From positions 32,001 to 96,000 of the IMG/VR virus record IMGVR_UViG_3300037011_001068: a stretch of 64,000 bases of DNA, one strand, 5' to 3'. Below are positions 35,786-47,100 of the stretch, piece after piece. Within the stretch, counting starts at the first letter, position 1; every line of letters starts with the position of its first letter. This DNA comes from a virus. The notes under the pieces are model-generated. The model saw nothing but the letters and a program-made list of their open reading frames with translations, did no database searches and was not told the DNA's origin. The position numbers and the translations under genes were made by a program.

Positions 35786-38700
35786 GAAGTTTGTCCTTGC
35801 CAAGTGGAAGCAGCAGATCCCCGGTGGTCGCTCGAGTGGCAAGACGCCAGAGGATTTCGACCGGGAGCAGCTCGACGCTGGCCGGAAGGTGGAGATGGAG
35901 CACACGCGGGACCCGAAGCTTGCTACCGAGATTGCGATGGATCACTTGGCCGAGGATAAGGACTACTACCGGAAGTTGAAGGTCATGGAAGCGAAAAAAT
36001 CGGAGGATTCTAGCTTGCAGGGTGCGCTTGAGCGCTCTCTCGCGCAGCCGGTGGAATTTCTGGATGGCTGGAGGGAGCTCGTGCCGGAGCTCGGGGCGGT
36101 GGTGTGGGGGGAATTCCAGAAGGCCTTCGGGCCGACAGCGGGAGCCGGGCCCGCGGCCGGGGGTGGAGCGCGGTCGCACAAGTATCTGAAGCGGGTTCCG
36201 TACAATTCCCCTGATGGGAAGCGTCATTATCGCTATTTTTACAAGGAGAGCGGTATGACGCGGGAGACGGAAGCCGGGAGCGATGTGAAGCTCGGGCAGG
36301 GCATGGTGCATGTTCAGGCGGTGACTCCGGAAGGTCACGTTACGGTACAGGAGGAGGGGCAAGAAGCGCGGCAAATCAAGAGCCACGAGTGGCATGAGAC
36401 GCTTGCGAAGCACTACGGGGAAGGCTATTTGAAGTCGGCCGAGAAGCGGGCCCGGCAGGTAATGAATGCGGTGCTCCGGCAGGTGCCGCGGAAGCTCCTC
36501 CAGGATCTTTTGGGCGAGACCGATGAAGCGCGGCTCGAGGATTTGAAGAAACGAGTGCCGGAGGTGTATCAGCGGCTCGATGAGTCTTTCAAGCGTGCAG
36601 GGATCTCTATTTTCCGGGCGAAGGAAATTCTGGGTGATGTTCTGCAGCGGCGGGGTTGGGAGCCGGATGCGCGGGCGGTAGTGATCGGGGCGGTGCTCAC
36701 TGAGCAGGGCGTTAAGGCGGCAAGTGGGTATCGGAGCACCATGCGGGCGGCCGAGAATTTGGCCGGCGACGGGCCGGTCCATGCTCAGCATGTCCAGGCG
36801 GCGCTTGAGCTCTGGGAATCCCCGGAGCCGAAGATTGAGGAACAGGCGACTCAAGAAGTAGGGCAGCTCCAGGCGCTCATGAAGGAGGCTTTCCAGGGAG
36901 GTGACCGGGCCAAAATAGCGGCGGTGCTCGCGCAGGCTTTGGCTTTTTCCTCGGAAGCTCTCCAGCAATTGTCCGCGGCAGGAATTGCTTACCCTGGCCT
37001 TTTGCAGGACCCGGTTATCAAAAAGGTGAGGGAAGCGCTCCTCCAGGTGCCGGCGGTAGCTCCGAAGGAAGCTCCCAGCTCGGATGGATCGGCGACGACG
37101 GTGTTCCTGGCTGGCGAGGGCGGGCAGGCGAAGGGCATGAAAGCCCACTACAAGCTCATGGAGGCCGAGGAAGCGATTGCCAGCCATGATCCCTCCAACG
37201 GGTTCAAGGTGAATTCCAAGTACCCTGAGGGTGTCCAGGAACGCGCGTATCACCGGGATTTTGGAGAACAGGATAAGGTGCGGCGAAATGCCAAGCGGCT
37301 TGAGCCGGCTTTTCTGGTTAACACGAATCCAGATGCGGTAAATGGGCCCCCGCTGATCACTCATGATGGGATAGTCCTCGGCGGGAACAGCAGGACCATG
37401 AGCATGCAGCTCGCTTACCAGGAGCAGCCGGACCGGGCCGAGGCTCTTAAAAAGTACCTCGGGGAGCACGCTCATGAGGTGGGTCTCCAAGCGGAGGATG
37501 TCCAGAAATTCAAGAATCCAATTTTGGTCCGTCAGCTTGAGCCTGCGAATTGGAGCAAGGAAGAGCTGCAATCGTTGGTCCGGAAGGCAAATGAATCTTT
37601 CACCCAGGCTATGGATCCGAGGGCGATGCAGGTAGCGCTCGCGAGAAAATTGGATGACAAGGCGGTGGAGGCGCTATCGAGCGCGATGAACGAGGAGGAG
37701 ACGCTTTCGGCGTTCCTTTCGAGCAAACGCGCAGAGCCTTTTCTAAAAAACCTCCGGCGAGTCGGTGTGATCGATGAGAGAAATGCTAATCAGTTTTTCT
37801 CTAGTAAAGGGGACAAACTGAACGAAGATGGAAAAACGCTCATCACGTGGATTCTGGTTGGGCGGATGGTGCCGGACGGGGACCTCCTGAATGAGACTCG
37901 CCCGAAGCTCATGGAGTCGGTCGCGCAGGCGGTTCCGAGCATGATCCACGCGATTGGGTTCGGCAAGGGTTATGACCTATCTGCATCTCTCCAGACGGCT
38001 ATTCATGCGTACAATCGGATTCAGGATAAGATCGACAATGGAATTTTGAAGCCGTTAGATCCGGGCATGAGTGACAAAGACGTGAAGGTGATTCTGGACA
38101 ACTATTTTTCGGATATGTTTGGCGAGAAGCACCCTATCCTTTCGGACGATCGCGCGCAGGAGCTCTTCAAGGTGTTCATTCGGAAGGCGGGCCCCAAGCA
38201 AATGGCCGGGGTGTTTCGAGAGTACGCGGACCTTGCTTCCAAAAATCCTGAAGGGCAGAAGCAGCTTTTGGGGGAGAATCTGTCTCCGGCTGAGGTGTTC
38301 AAGCGATCGATCGCTCTGGCATCGAAGAAGGAAAGCAAAGTGCAAAAGGCTTTATCTGGTGTACGCTTCATTTTAAAGAAGGCAGCGGGGCCTTTTATTG
38401 GCCCGCGCGGGGGCAAATGGGAAGATGCAGAGCACAAGATTTCCTGGAAGGATCGAGCGGATTATCACGATAGGGAAGTCCAGAAAATTAAACGGCGGTT
38501 GAGAGAGCGGCATGGTGGCGTTTTTTCCGAGTACGATGGATTGGGCGCGACAACCCCGAATAAATTGTTGATCGAGCGCGTTAAGCATAATGTCGCGGCA
38601 ATGGCAGCGAGGAATTATCAGCGGGAGCCAACAAAAGAAGAGGTGGATTCCGCTGTAAAAGAAGCCACTAAGAAATGGGCCCCGCATAATCGAAGACTCC

Positions 38701-41700
38701 ACGGGGTTGAAAAGAGCTTGACGAAGGCTGGTGGTCCTTATATTGGGCCCAAGGGTGGGAAGTGGGCGGACGTGAAGCATACCCAGCATTGGGATCCGGA
38801 CGCTCCCAAGAGTGAGAAGAAAATCTATGTAATCGACGCTACAAAGAAAAAGGAGGAGGCGAAGCCGGCGGAACCAGAGAAAAAGCCAGAGAAGAAAGAG
38901 GAGCTGAAGGGTGAGGAGAAGGGAAAGACTCGCCAGCAAATGCTTCTTTTTTCAAAGCCTACGGCGGCTAAGCCTAAGGAAGAGCCAAAGGTGCAGACTA
39001 TCCAGGAGAAGGCCGCGGAGCTCGGCGTGAAAGCTAAGGCGGCAGGCCTTCCGGGGAGCCCGGGAAAAGATGGGGAGCTTATGAAGCTTGTGGAGAAGCT
39101 ATCCAGCAAAGAAACCCAGGATGCTCTTGTCGCTTGGATGGGCGCGCATGAGAAGACCCCAGCGAAGTCTATAGAGAAGCCAAAGGAGGAACCTGAGAAG
39201 CCCAAAGAAGCCCCCGCGCCGGAACCGAAGGCGGAGGAGCCTGAGAAGCCGAAGTTCACGCTGGTCGCTCCCTCGGAGAAGGCGGAGGTGAAGGACAACA
39301 TGACGGCAGCGGACGAGAAGATCGCGCAAGAGGTTGGAGAGCACGTCTGGGGTGCGCGGAAAGATCTCTGGGTAGCGCGAACCTCTGCAGACCTTCAGAA
39401 GCTCACCCCAGAAGAGCAGAGCAAAATCTCGACTAAAAAGAATCTCCTTCCGAAATGGGAGACGGATACTTTGCTGGATGATGGGTGGGAGCCTGAAGCG
39501 ATCGTGATGCGGCACGCGATCGAGAGCCTTGTTCAGAATGCACCTGGGAATACTTTGGAAGCGCGACAAGCGTACATGGACGGCATTGATTTTTTGGCGA
39601 AGAGCTTGGAAGAGTGCAGGACGCTCGAGGATATCAAGGGCTTTCTGGCTGATTGGGAGCATCTCCTTTTGAGGCAACGACGTGAAGCTACCCTGTCTAT
39701 CGATGAGGCAGGGAAAGCGGTGGATGATTATTTTGAACATAAGCTAGGTAAGAAGCCTCCCAAAAATTACAAAGAGCGGAAGGAGCTTGATGATCGTTTT
39801 CGAGAGGCAAGAAGCAATAAATATCATGCGGCGTCTGTTGGGGACGCTGATTGGAATAAATGGCTTATTAAAGAGCAGGAAATTGATAAAGAGAGGCGGG
39901 AAGCTCTCGATAATCAAAAATTTCAGATTGATGACGTGGTGGCTTGGAAGCTTAATTTGCCCAAGCATGATCTCACTCTTCGGTTTGAGGAGAACGGGAT
40001 CACAACCGTTTATCGGGCAGATCCAGAAATTGCGAAAGGGAAGGATAATCCCTACGCGCTAATGGCGGCGGCGCTCGGGGAACGGGTTGTGAAAGGGCTA
40101 GTGCGTAAATATCAAATAACGCGGCCGAAAGCGCTCATGGATGCAGAGCGTAGGGTTCGGAAGATGCAGGAGCTCGGGAGCGAGGAAAAGGAAAAGGAGC
40201 TTTTCGAGCACCTTCAGCAAAAGCAGCGGAAGGGCGGCCAGAGAATGAAGCCCTTCAAGTGGGAGCGGAATGTCCCTGGGGAGGTGGATCGTAAAGGTGG
40301 AAAGCCTGTCACTGCGGCAGATCCAAAAGCGCTTGCTTCGGATTTCAAATTCAAAAACGTGCAATTCGGGAATTGGGTGAACGAACAAGATGCGGAAAGC
40401 CACCTAAAAGGGGCGCATGGAGCGCTCTTTGACTTGTCCGATGTGCTCGGGATTTCCCCAGAGGTGATTTCTTTGGGTGGTCGATTATCGATTGCCTTCG
40501 GTGCTCGAGGAAGTGGGAATGCTCTCGCGCACTACGAGACCATGGGAAAAATCATTAACCTCACGAAGATAAAGGGCTGCGGATCCCTCGCGCATGAGTG
40601 GGGTCATGCGCTCGATAATCTCTTGACCGTGATGGGTAACCCGCAAGGAACAGCGGCTCATCAATTTATCTCTGGCGGTGTGACAGCGGGTGTTCCTCAG
40701 GCGGTATCGGATGCCATGGAAGGGGTGATGGGGGCGATCCACTACAAGGATCCCTCGGTTCTTCAAAAGCGAAATAGAGCGCAGGATATGACGCAGCGGT
40801 GGGATTCTCTGAGCTACAAGGAGCGCCAGGAGCTCCGGCAGTTGCATAAAGAAATTGGGGCAGCCGAGCAGAGCCGTTATTTTCAAGACGCTTCCGTGTT
40901 TTCCAAGGCTCCGAATAGTTATTGGACGCGCCCGCACGAGCTTTTTGCGCGTGCTTTTGAGTCTTACGTGGAAGATACGCTTGTGGAAGCGAATCGAAAA
41001 TCAAGTTACTTGGTCTCCGGGACTCGGGATCCTTATGAGACTGGGCGGCACAGCGCGGCATCGGGGGAGGAACACGCGCAAACCTTTCCTCAAGGGGAGG
41101 AGCGCAAGGGCATCAACAAAGCAATCCAGAAATTGATCGGTGTGCTCAAGCAAGAGAAAGCGCTCGAGAAGGCCTTACAGGCGCTTGAGGCGCAAGAAAG
41201 GAACTGTGCTATGAGTAGGATACTTTCCATTGATGAGTACCTTGCGAAGGCCGAGCAGGGGCTTCCCAAGGGGGAGCCAGGGTTGACGGACAGCGAGAAG
41301 GACGGAGGTGAGCTCGCGGGAGTCGGCCAGGCGTCTGGAGCGACGAGCGGGAGCGCGGGGAGTGAAATCGGTGCGCCTGTCCCGAAGACCAAAAAGCTCT
41401 CCGAGGATGACGAGGAAGACGAGGAACAAATGAAGCCGGGCAAGAAGCCTCTGGAGGCCTCGGTGGGGAAGTCCATGGCGGTTCCCCAGCATCAGCGGGA
41501 TCTGGTAGCGCATGAGAACGCGCAGGTGGTCTCCCAGCTCCGGAAGGGCGAGGAGGATATCGTGGTCGGTATGGGGCAGGTGCTTCCGGAGGAGCTGGCG
41601 CCGGAGGGCGAGAAGACGAAATTCTGGACCCAGGGAGAAAAGGCCATGATCGTATACTCGAACGCGCTCGACATCCGGACCGAGAAGCTTCTGAAGGGGG

Positions 41701-41963
41701 ATGCCTTCTATGCGAATGGCGAGCCCTCGGTGGGCATGGGTAATGCACTCATGGCTTCTCATCGACGGTGCTCTCAGTGCGAGCGGATGCTTTTGAAGAG
41801 CCTTTCTGCGTGCCCACACTGTGGGTTTGGCGCGCAGCTCCTCGCGGTGCAGCCAATGGCATTTGAGGGCCGATCGCGAATCGAGAAGGGAATACATCCG
41901 TTGCAGCCGGCGCGGCATGAAGCGGATCTTGTGCTCCCTCAGGGGACCAAAGTGGCGAGGTGA
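35757..41963 (+). CDS. giant polyvalent protein (DUF5661-like, ddrB-like ParB, LPD5-like, HExxH metallopeptidase, LPD1); DarA/DdrB-like
   Basis: KVEMEH..IAMDHLAEDKDYY; ASHD...QERAY...GPPLI..GIVLGGNSR; GEHVWGARKDLW; VQFGNW...AFGARG..AHYE...AHEWGHALD; YW..PHELFARAFESYV. Confidence 0.8.
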   Translation: MRASINRKFEKFVLAKWKQQIPGGRSSGKTPEDFDREQLDAGRKVEMEHTRDPKLATEIAMDHLAEDKDYYRKLKVMEAKKSEDSSLQGALERSLAQPVEFLDGWRELVPELGAVVWGEFQKAFGPTAGAGPAAGGGARSHKYLKRVPYNSPDGKRHYRYFYKESGMTRETEAGSDVKLGQGMVHVQAVTPEGHVTVQEEGQEARQIKSHEWHETLAKHYGEGYLKSAEKRARQVMNAVLRQVPRKLLQDLLGETDEARLEDLKKRVPEVYQRLDESFKRAGISIFRAKEILGDVLQRRGWEPDARAVVIGAVLTEQGVKAASGYRSTMRAAENLAGDGPVHAQHVQAALELWESPEPKIEEQATQEVGQLQALMKEAFQGGDRAKIAAVLAQALAFSSEALQQLSAAGIAYPGLLQDPVIKKVREALLQVPAVAPKEAPSSDGSATTVFLAGEGGQAKGMKAHYKLMEAEEAIASHDPSNGFKVNSKYPEGVQERAYHRDFGEQDKVRRNAKRLEPAFLVNTNPDAVNGPPLITHDGIVLGGNSRTMSMQLAYQEQPDRAEALKKYLGEHAHEVGLQAEDVQKFKNPILVRQLEPANWSKEELQSLVRKANESFTQAMDPRAMQVALARKLDDKAVEALSSAMNEEETLSAFLSSKRAEPFLKNLRRVGVIDERNANQFFSSKGDKLNEDGKTLITWILVGRMVPDGDLLNETRPKLMESVAQAVPSMIHAIGFGKGYDLSASLQTAIHAYNRIQDKIDNGILKPLDPGMSDKDVKVILDNYFSDMFGEKHPILSDDRAQELFKVFIRKAGPKQMAGVFREYADLASKNPEGQKQLLGENLSPAEVFKRSIALASKKESKVQKALSGVRFILKKAAGPFIGPRGGKWEDAEHKISWKDRADYHDREVQKIKRRLRERHGGVFSEYDGLGATTPNKLLIERVKHNVAAMAARNYQREPTKEEVDSAVKEATKKWAPHNRRLHGVEKSLTKAGGPYIGPKGGKWADVKHTQHWDPDAPKSEKKIYVIDATKKKEEAKPAEPEKKPEKKEELKGEEKGKTRQQMLLFSKPTAAKPKEEPKVQTIQEKAAELGVKAKAAGLPGSPGKDGELMKLVEKLSSKETQDALVAWMGAHEKTPAKSIEKPKEEPEKPKEAPAPEPKAEEPEKPKFTLVAPSEKAEVKDNMTAADEKIAQEVGEHVWGARKDLWVARTSADLQKLTPEEQSKISTKKNLLPKWETDTLLDDGWEPEAIVMRHAIESLVQNAPGNTLEARQAYMDGIDFLAKSLEECRTLEDIKGFLADWEHLLLRQRREATLSIDEAGKAVDDYFEHKLGKKPPKNYKERKELDDRFREARSNKYHAASVGDADWNKWLIKEQEIDKERREALDNQKFQIDDVVAWKLNLPKHDLTLRFEENGITTVYRADPEIAKGKDNPYALMAAALGERVVKGLVRKYQITRPKALMDAERRVRKMQELGSEEKEKELFEHLQQKQRKGGQRMKPFKWERNVPGEVDRKGGKPVTAADPKALASDFKFKNVQFGNWVNEQDAESHLKGAHGALFDLSDVLGISPEVISLGGRLSIAFGARGSGNALAHYETMGKIINLTKIKGCGSLAHEWGHALDNLLTVMGNPQGTAAHQFISGGVTAGVPQAVSDAMEGVMGAIHYKDPSVLQKRNRAQDMTQRWDSLSYKERQELRQLHKEIGAAEQSRYFQDASVFSKAPNSYWTRPHELFARAFESYVEDTLVEANRKSSYLVSGTRDPYETGRHSAASGEEHAQTFPQGEERKGINKAIQKLIGVLKQEKALEKALQALEAQERNCAMSRILSIDEYLAKAEQGLPKGEPGLTDSEKDGGELAGVGQASGATSGSAGSEIGAPVPKTKKLSEDDEEDEEQMKPGKKPLEASVGKSMAVPQHQRDLVAHENAQVVSQLRKGEEDIVVGMGQVLPEELAPEGEKTKFWTQGEKAMIVYSNALDIRTEKLLKGDAFYANGEPSVGMGNALMASHRRCSQCERMLLKSLSACPHCGFGAQLLAVQPMAFEGRSRIEKGIHPLQPARHEADLVLPQGTKVAR

Positions 41964-43744
41964 TAAGCATGAGCTTTTTCGAGGACTTCACGGGGTTCGG
42001 GCTGACCACGCTCGGGGCCCTGGGTGGCATGGTGCAGGAGTGGGCGCAAGGCGCGTTATTAAAAGGTCCGGAAGGATCGGATGAAGAAGAAAAGCGCAGC
42101 TCGCAAGGCTCGGATACTGCCCCCGGCGGTAAGCGAGCGGACAGCGCGGAGTCAAATCCTGTTCCAGAGGAGAAGGCCTCAAGCGACCCAAAGGCGCTTT
42201 TTTGGGATCCCTTCGCGATTATTGAGCAGTTGGGCTACAAGGACAGGCCTTCGCAAATCAGCTATGGAACGCTGAAAGCGATGGCCTGGAAAACCCCTAT
42301 CGCGCACGCGGTCATCCAGACACGGGTGAATCAAATTTCTGGATTTAGTCATGTGCAACATGATCGGTATCAGATGGGTTTTCGGATTAAAACCCGTGAG
42401 ACTGAGAAAGAGCCCACGAAGGCGGAGCGAAAATGGATCCAGCAAATGGAATCTGTGATATTGCGGACAGGTGTCACGGATCATCCGAGGGGGCGAGACG
42501 GCTTCAAAGAGTTTCTCAAAAAAGTTACCTGGGATTCCCTTGTGTACGATCAAATGTGCTTTGAAATCGTGCAGAATCGCAAAGGGCAGCCGGCGGAGTG
42601 GTATGCGGTGGACGGTGCCACCATTCGGCGGGCCGACACGGCGAGTACCTTCACGGACGAGGATCATACGAAGGCTATCCGGTATGTGCAGATCTACGAC
42701 GGACTTGTAATCGCGGAGTACACTCAGGATGAACTATGTTTCGCAATTCGGAATCCCAGGACGGATATTCGGCTTTTTGGGTATGGCATTTCTGAGCTTG
42801 AAATGCTTGTGCCGGCGGTAACCTGTATCCTCTATGCCTGGGAGTACAATCAGCGTTTTTTCAGCCAGGGGTCAGCGGCGAAGGGAATCATTAACTTCAA
42901 GGGTGCGGTTCCAGAAAAGCAACTGCAGTCTTTTCGCCGCCACTGGTATCAAATGATTTCAGGCGTTGAAAATGCATGGAGAACGCCTGTCACAAATGCC
43001 GAGGATCTCCAGTACATTAATCTCCAGCAATCCAGCCGGGACATGGAGTACAATTCTTGGATGGATTTTTTGATCAAGGTGGTTTGCGCGATGTATGCCA
43101 TGGATCCGGCAGAGCTCAATTTCAAGTACGGGAACGTTGGGCAGCGTGGAGGGCTTCAGGAGAGCTCCAATCGGGAGAAAATTACGGAGAGCAAAGAGCG
43201 GGGTCTCAGGCCGCTTCTCCGGTTCATCGCGGATGCCATCAATTTGCACCTTATCTGGCCCATCAACGAAAATTTTGAATTTGATTTTGTGGGCCTGGAC
43301 GCGCAAACCAAGGATGAAATGGCCGAGCTTTCTGCAAAGCAGGTGCGCGTATATAAAACTGTGGATGAGATTCGCGCGCAGGACGATCTTCCTCCACTTC
43401 CGGATGGCCTCGGAGAAGTGCTGCTCGACCCCACGTGGTATCAGTACGCTCAGCAAAAGCAGGCGCAGGCGCAGCAAGCAGAGAACCCCCAGGGACAAAT
43501 GGGGGAAGGTGAGCCAGAGGGCGGAGCTCCTGGCGGGGAGCAGGGCGGTGAAGAGCAGGGAGGGGGAATGGACTTCAAAAAGCTCCTCCAGCAGTACGGG
43601 CAAGGCGGGGGAGAGAAGCCGGAGGGCGGGAGCAAGAATGCGGTAGAGCCTGCGAAGCCTGCGGTTCCGGCTAAGGCAGCAGCTCCTCAAGTAGCGAAGA
43701 GCTTCGGGCAAGGCAAGAAAATTTTTATCGATCTAACCCTGTGA
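41960..43744 (+). CDS. portal protein
   Basis: DSLVYDQMCFEIV, AVDGATI, GYGISELE, YNQRFFSQG, DMEYNSW, SKERGLRPLL, TVDEIRA. Confidence 0.92.
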   Translation: MISMSFFEDFTGFGLTTLGALGGMVQEWAQGALLKGPEGSDEEEKRSSQGSDTAPGGKRADSAESNPVPEEKASSDPKALFWDPFAIIEQLGYKDRPSQISYGTLKAMAWKTPIAHAVIQTRVNQISGFSHVQHDRYQMGFRIKTRETEKEPTKAERKWIQQMESVILRTGVTDHPRGRDGFKEFLKKVTWDSLVYDQMCFEIVQNRKGQPAEWYAVDGATIRRADTASTFTDEDHTKAIRYVQIYDGLVIAEYTQDELCFAIRNPRTDIRLFGYGISELEMLVPAVTCILYAWEYNQRFFSQGSAAKGIINFKGAVPEKQLQSFRRHWYQMISGVENAWRTPVTNAEDLQYINLQQSSRDMEYNSWMDFLIKVVCAMYAMDPAELNFKYGNVGQRGGLQESSNREKITESKERGLRPLLRFIADAINLHLIWPINENFEFDFVGLDAQTKDEMAELSAKQVRVYKTVDEIRAQDDLPPLPDGLGEVLLDPTWYQYAQQKQAQAQQAENPQGQMGEGEPEGGAPGGEQGGEEQGGGMDFKKLLQQYGQGGGEKPEGGSKNAVEPAKPAVPAKAAAPQVAKSFGQGKKIFIDLTL

Positions 43745-43751
43745 GGATCCC

Positions 43752-44138
43752 ATGCGAATCAAGGATAAAGTGAACATCCGCATTGCGAAAGAAGCTGAAT
43801 TTAAGAACATTTTATTCGGCCCGGACGATGCGCTTGCTGAGCGGGTGGTGGACTCGTGGGCAAGATACGCTTCAGGAAATCTTTCCATCGACGCCGGGGA
43901 GACTGAATCTCTCTCCTTTGGGGATGTGACCACGGTCAAGGGGATGTACCTGGAGGTGACCGGGGAATGCCAGCTCGTGATCAATGGAGCGGATCCCATC
44001 CAACTGCGAAAGAGCGGGACGGATGCGGCTCTGATTGCGAAAGTCTTTATCGAGGCGGATATCTCTTCGGTTACGCTCACGGCTCCCCTTACGGTAGCGG
44101 TGACGGGGATCTATTGCTTTTGGGGCGATAGTGTTTGA
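43752..44138 (+). CDS. small beta-rich hypothetical (possibly structural) protein
   Basis: GAGGA RBS; directly follows the portal gene. Confidence 0.55.
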   Translation: MRIKDKVNIRIAKEAEFKNILFGPDDALAERVVDSWARYASGNLSIDAGETESLSFGDVTTVKGMYLEVTGECQLVINGADPIQLRKSGTDAALIAKVFIEADISSVTLTAPLTVAVTGIYCFWGDSV

Positions 44139-44151
44139 TGGAGGATAAGTT

Positions 44152-47100
44152 ATGCGGCTGCAGCTCGAGGCTACCGCGGAAGAGCTTTCCACAAAGAGCG
44201 AGGATCTCTTAGAGGCAATCCAGCAATTGGTTAGGCCTTATTCGGAAGATCTTGCCGACAAGCTTGAGAAGGCGCTTCCGGAGAAAGAAGAGAGTCTCAA
44301 ATTTCCTGTGCTGCAGGAGCTAGAAAATCGAGTTGAAAACCTGTATAAAGAGCATGTGGGGGCGATGATCGAGGAGATTTTTGCTGTGCTGCAGGACAAT
44401 GCTAAAAAAAGCGAAGGGGGGCTTGAGAAGGCGGGAGGTCCATTTATTGGACCCAAGGGGGGCATGTGGGCTGATCCAGAGCACACAGAGCACTGGGATC
44501 CGGATGCGAAGCATGAAAGTGGGGGCGAAAAAAAGCCTGAGCACAAAAAGGCAGAAGAGAAGGTGCCGGAATTTTATTCGGATGATGTCGCAACAAAGAA
44601 GCTAGAAGAAATCGGCGATTCTCTTTATGACATGCAGACGGATATGCATGATGTTCTCGACAAGACGGGTCTCTCTTTGCATGATTACACTGCATGGGCT
44701 TCTGTTAAAGGTAACTTGAACAAGATGAAGTTTCTCTTGTCCAAGTACAAGAAGCAAATCAGCTATGGTTGGGGAGAAGAGGAATACCACAAACTTGGCC
44801 TCGGGCAAGCCCCCCTGGGTTCCGAGGTAAAGCCATTTTATCAGCAGAATTACGGGTCTCTTTCTCTTCCGGTGAACGGATTTATTCAGAAGCCTGCATT
44901 CAAAGATTATCTTGCTTACCACCAGGCGCTCAAGTCCAAAGGGTTTGTAAGCTACGATGGAACCGCCTGGTTCATTTATAAGAAGCGTCTTGCTGATTTT
45001 CCTTGGAAAGAATACGTCCAGAAAATGGCGGAATTTGGCATCAAGGTGCCGGAGAAGATGCCAGAGCCGCCACCACAAAAAGAATTCCCGAAGGATCCAG
45101 CAATTGGGCTCTCGGTCAGTGGAAGCACGGTTGATCAAGTTATCGCGGGAATATTGCACAAGCAGGTGCATGACAAGCTCGCGGTCAAACGAAGCAAGGA
45201 TGGAAAATTCTCTTTCTACTACCCTTACACCCCAGCGCTGAATGATTTATTTTCCAATAAAGCTGGGAATCTCACGGGAATCACGAAGTACAATCCAGAA
45301 AATCATGCACGAGAGACTTTCCAGCTCGAGCTTGTAGAAGAGGCGATTGAGAAGATCAAGAAGCTTGCTCCTGAGCTAGAAATTGTGACTGAAGGCGTCT
45401 CTGAAGCGCGAATCGAGAAGGATGCGGAAATTGCTGAGCTCCAGAAGCCTATCCCGGAGGTAGCGAAGCTCATCAATCCAAAATATAAGCTGTATCCCTA
45501 CCAGAATGAATGCGTGCGATTTCTGGACAAGGCAAAGGGGAATGCGCTTATCGGAGATGAGATGGGGCTCGGGAAGACGCTCGAGACGCTCGCGTGGTGT
45601 GCAAAAAACGGAAAAAAGGTTGTGGTAGTTACTCCCCGAGTCGTTCGGCGGACGTGGCTCCAAGAATCCGTGAAATTCTTTCCTGGGTATTTCAAGGGCG
45701 TTGAGCTTGTCTCTTCCGACATCAAGAAGGGGAAGGTTCCGGACCTTTCCGATGCGAATATAGTGACTGTTAATTATGAGAGCCTCAGCAAGTTTCTTCC
45801 GCAGATTCAAGCTGCGGGGTTTGATACTATTATAGTTGATGAATCTCATCGCATGAAGAACCCAAAAGCAAAGGCGACGCAATCTATTCAGGCGGTCGCC
45901 AAGCTTCCGACCATGAAGCATCGCATTTTGCTCTCTGGTACAGCCATCAAGAACAAAAAGGAGGAGCTTTATACTCAGTTGGGTCTGGTCGCTCCCGGGA
46001 AGTTTTCTAAGGAGGCGCTCAAGTACGGGACGATCGGCGGTCTCTGGATGGACATGCGCTCTGTCTACTTGGCCCGGCAGAAGAGCCTTGTCCTGAAGGA
46101 TCTCCCGGAAAAAACCACTCAGATCATTGAGCACCCCTCGAAAAAAGGAGTACCGGATCTAGATGAGCTGGCAGATCTTTCTCCTCAGGAAAAGATCGGT
46201 CGATTTTCTCAAATGAAAGCGGAGATTGCGGTTCATAAGGCGCCAGAGACGCTTGAATTCGTGAAGGAGATTCTGGAGAGCTCGGATTCAAAGGTCGTTC
46301 TCTTCTCCGATTCGGTGGAAGCGGCACACTACCTGGCTGATCAACTGGGGGACGTGGCGCTCCTCCACACGGGGGAGATGAGCCTCGACAAGCAGGAGGC
46401 GCTCAAAAAGGAATTTGAGCGGCAGGATGAGGAGGGGAATTTCATCTCTCCGAAGCGCGTTTTTGTCGCGACGCGGCAGTCTCTCGCGGTAGGGGCGACG
46501 TTGGTTGCGGCCGATAAGGTGGTGTTCAACGATTTGCCCTGGACCACCGCGGATATCCGGCAGGCGGAGGATCGGTGTCATCGGATCGGCCAGAAAAATG
46601 CGGTGACGGTTTATTGGTCAAAGCTCGGGGGCAACGCATTTGACGAGAACATCATTAGTATCCTGAAGAGGAAGTTTGAGCTCTCCAAGAAGGTGAACCA
46701 AGGCCAACAACTGACCAAGGAAGAAGTCGCCTGGCAAAATAAGTCCATCACACTGAACGAGGTGCTCGCGCAGTACCAGGGCGACAAGGCCGGGCCCGGG
46801 AAGACTTCTTCGCTGGGTCCTTCCCTCCCAGAATTGGGAGAACAGGGGGAGATTCTTCCCCCAGTCAAGGAGAAGGCCTTGGAGGCGCTTCCCGTGCCCG
46901 TGGAGGAGCCTAAGCTTTCAAAGCCGGGGGTGAATACCCCCCAGAAGATGGAAGCTCCCAAAGAGGCTCCTAAGGCTCCTCCGGCGATTTCTGTGGGGAC
47001 GCTTGATCCTCTGGTGCTGGGAGCTGGTGGGAAGATCGAAGAGAGCAAGATCAATCCAGCAAATTATGACATTAAAATACCCAAGGGAAAGCCCGAGGTG

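Noticed and set aside
35670-37571. 633-aa minus-strand ORF, and similar long antisense ORFs such as 53190..54965 and 48311..49354
   Set aside because: They are antisense to well-supported genes, have no recognisable motifs, and are expected in GC-rich coding DNA.
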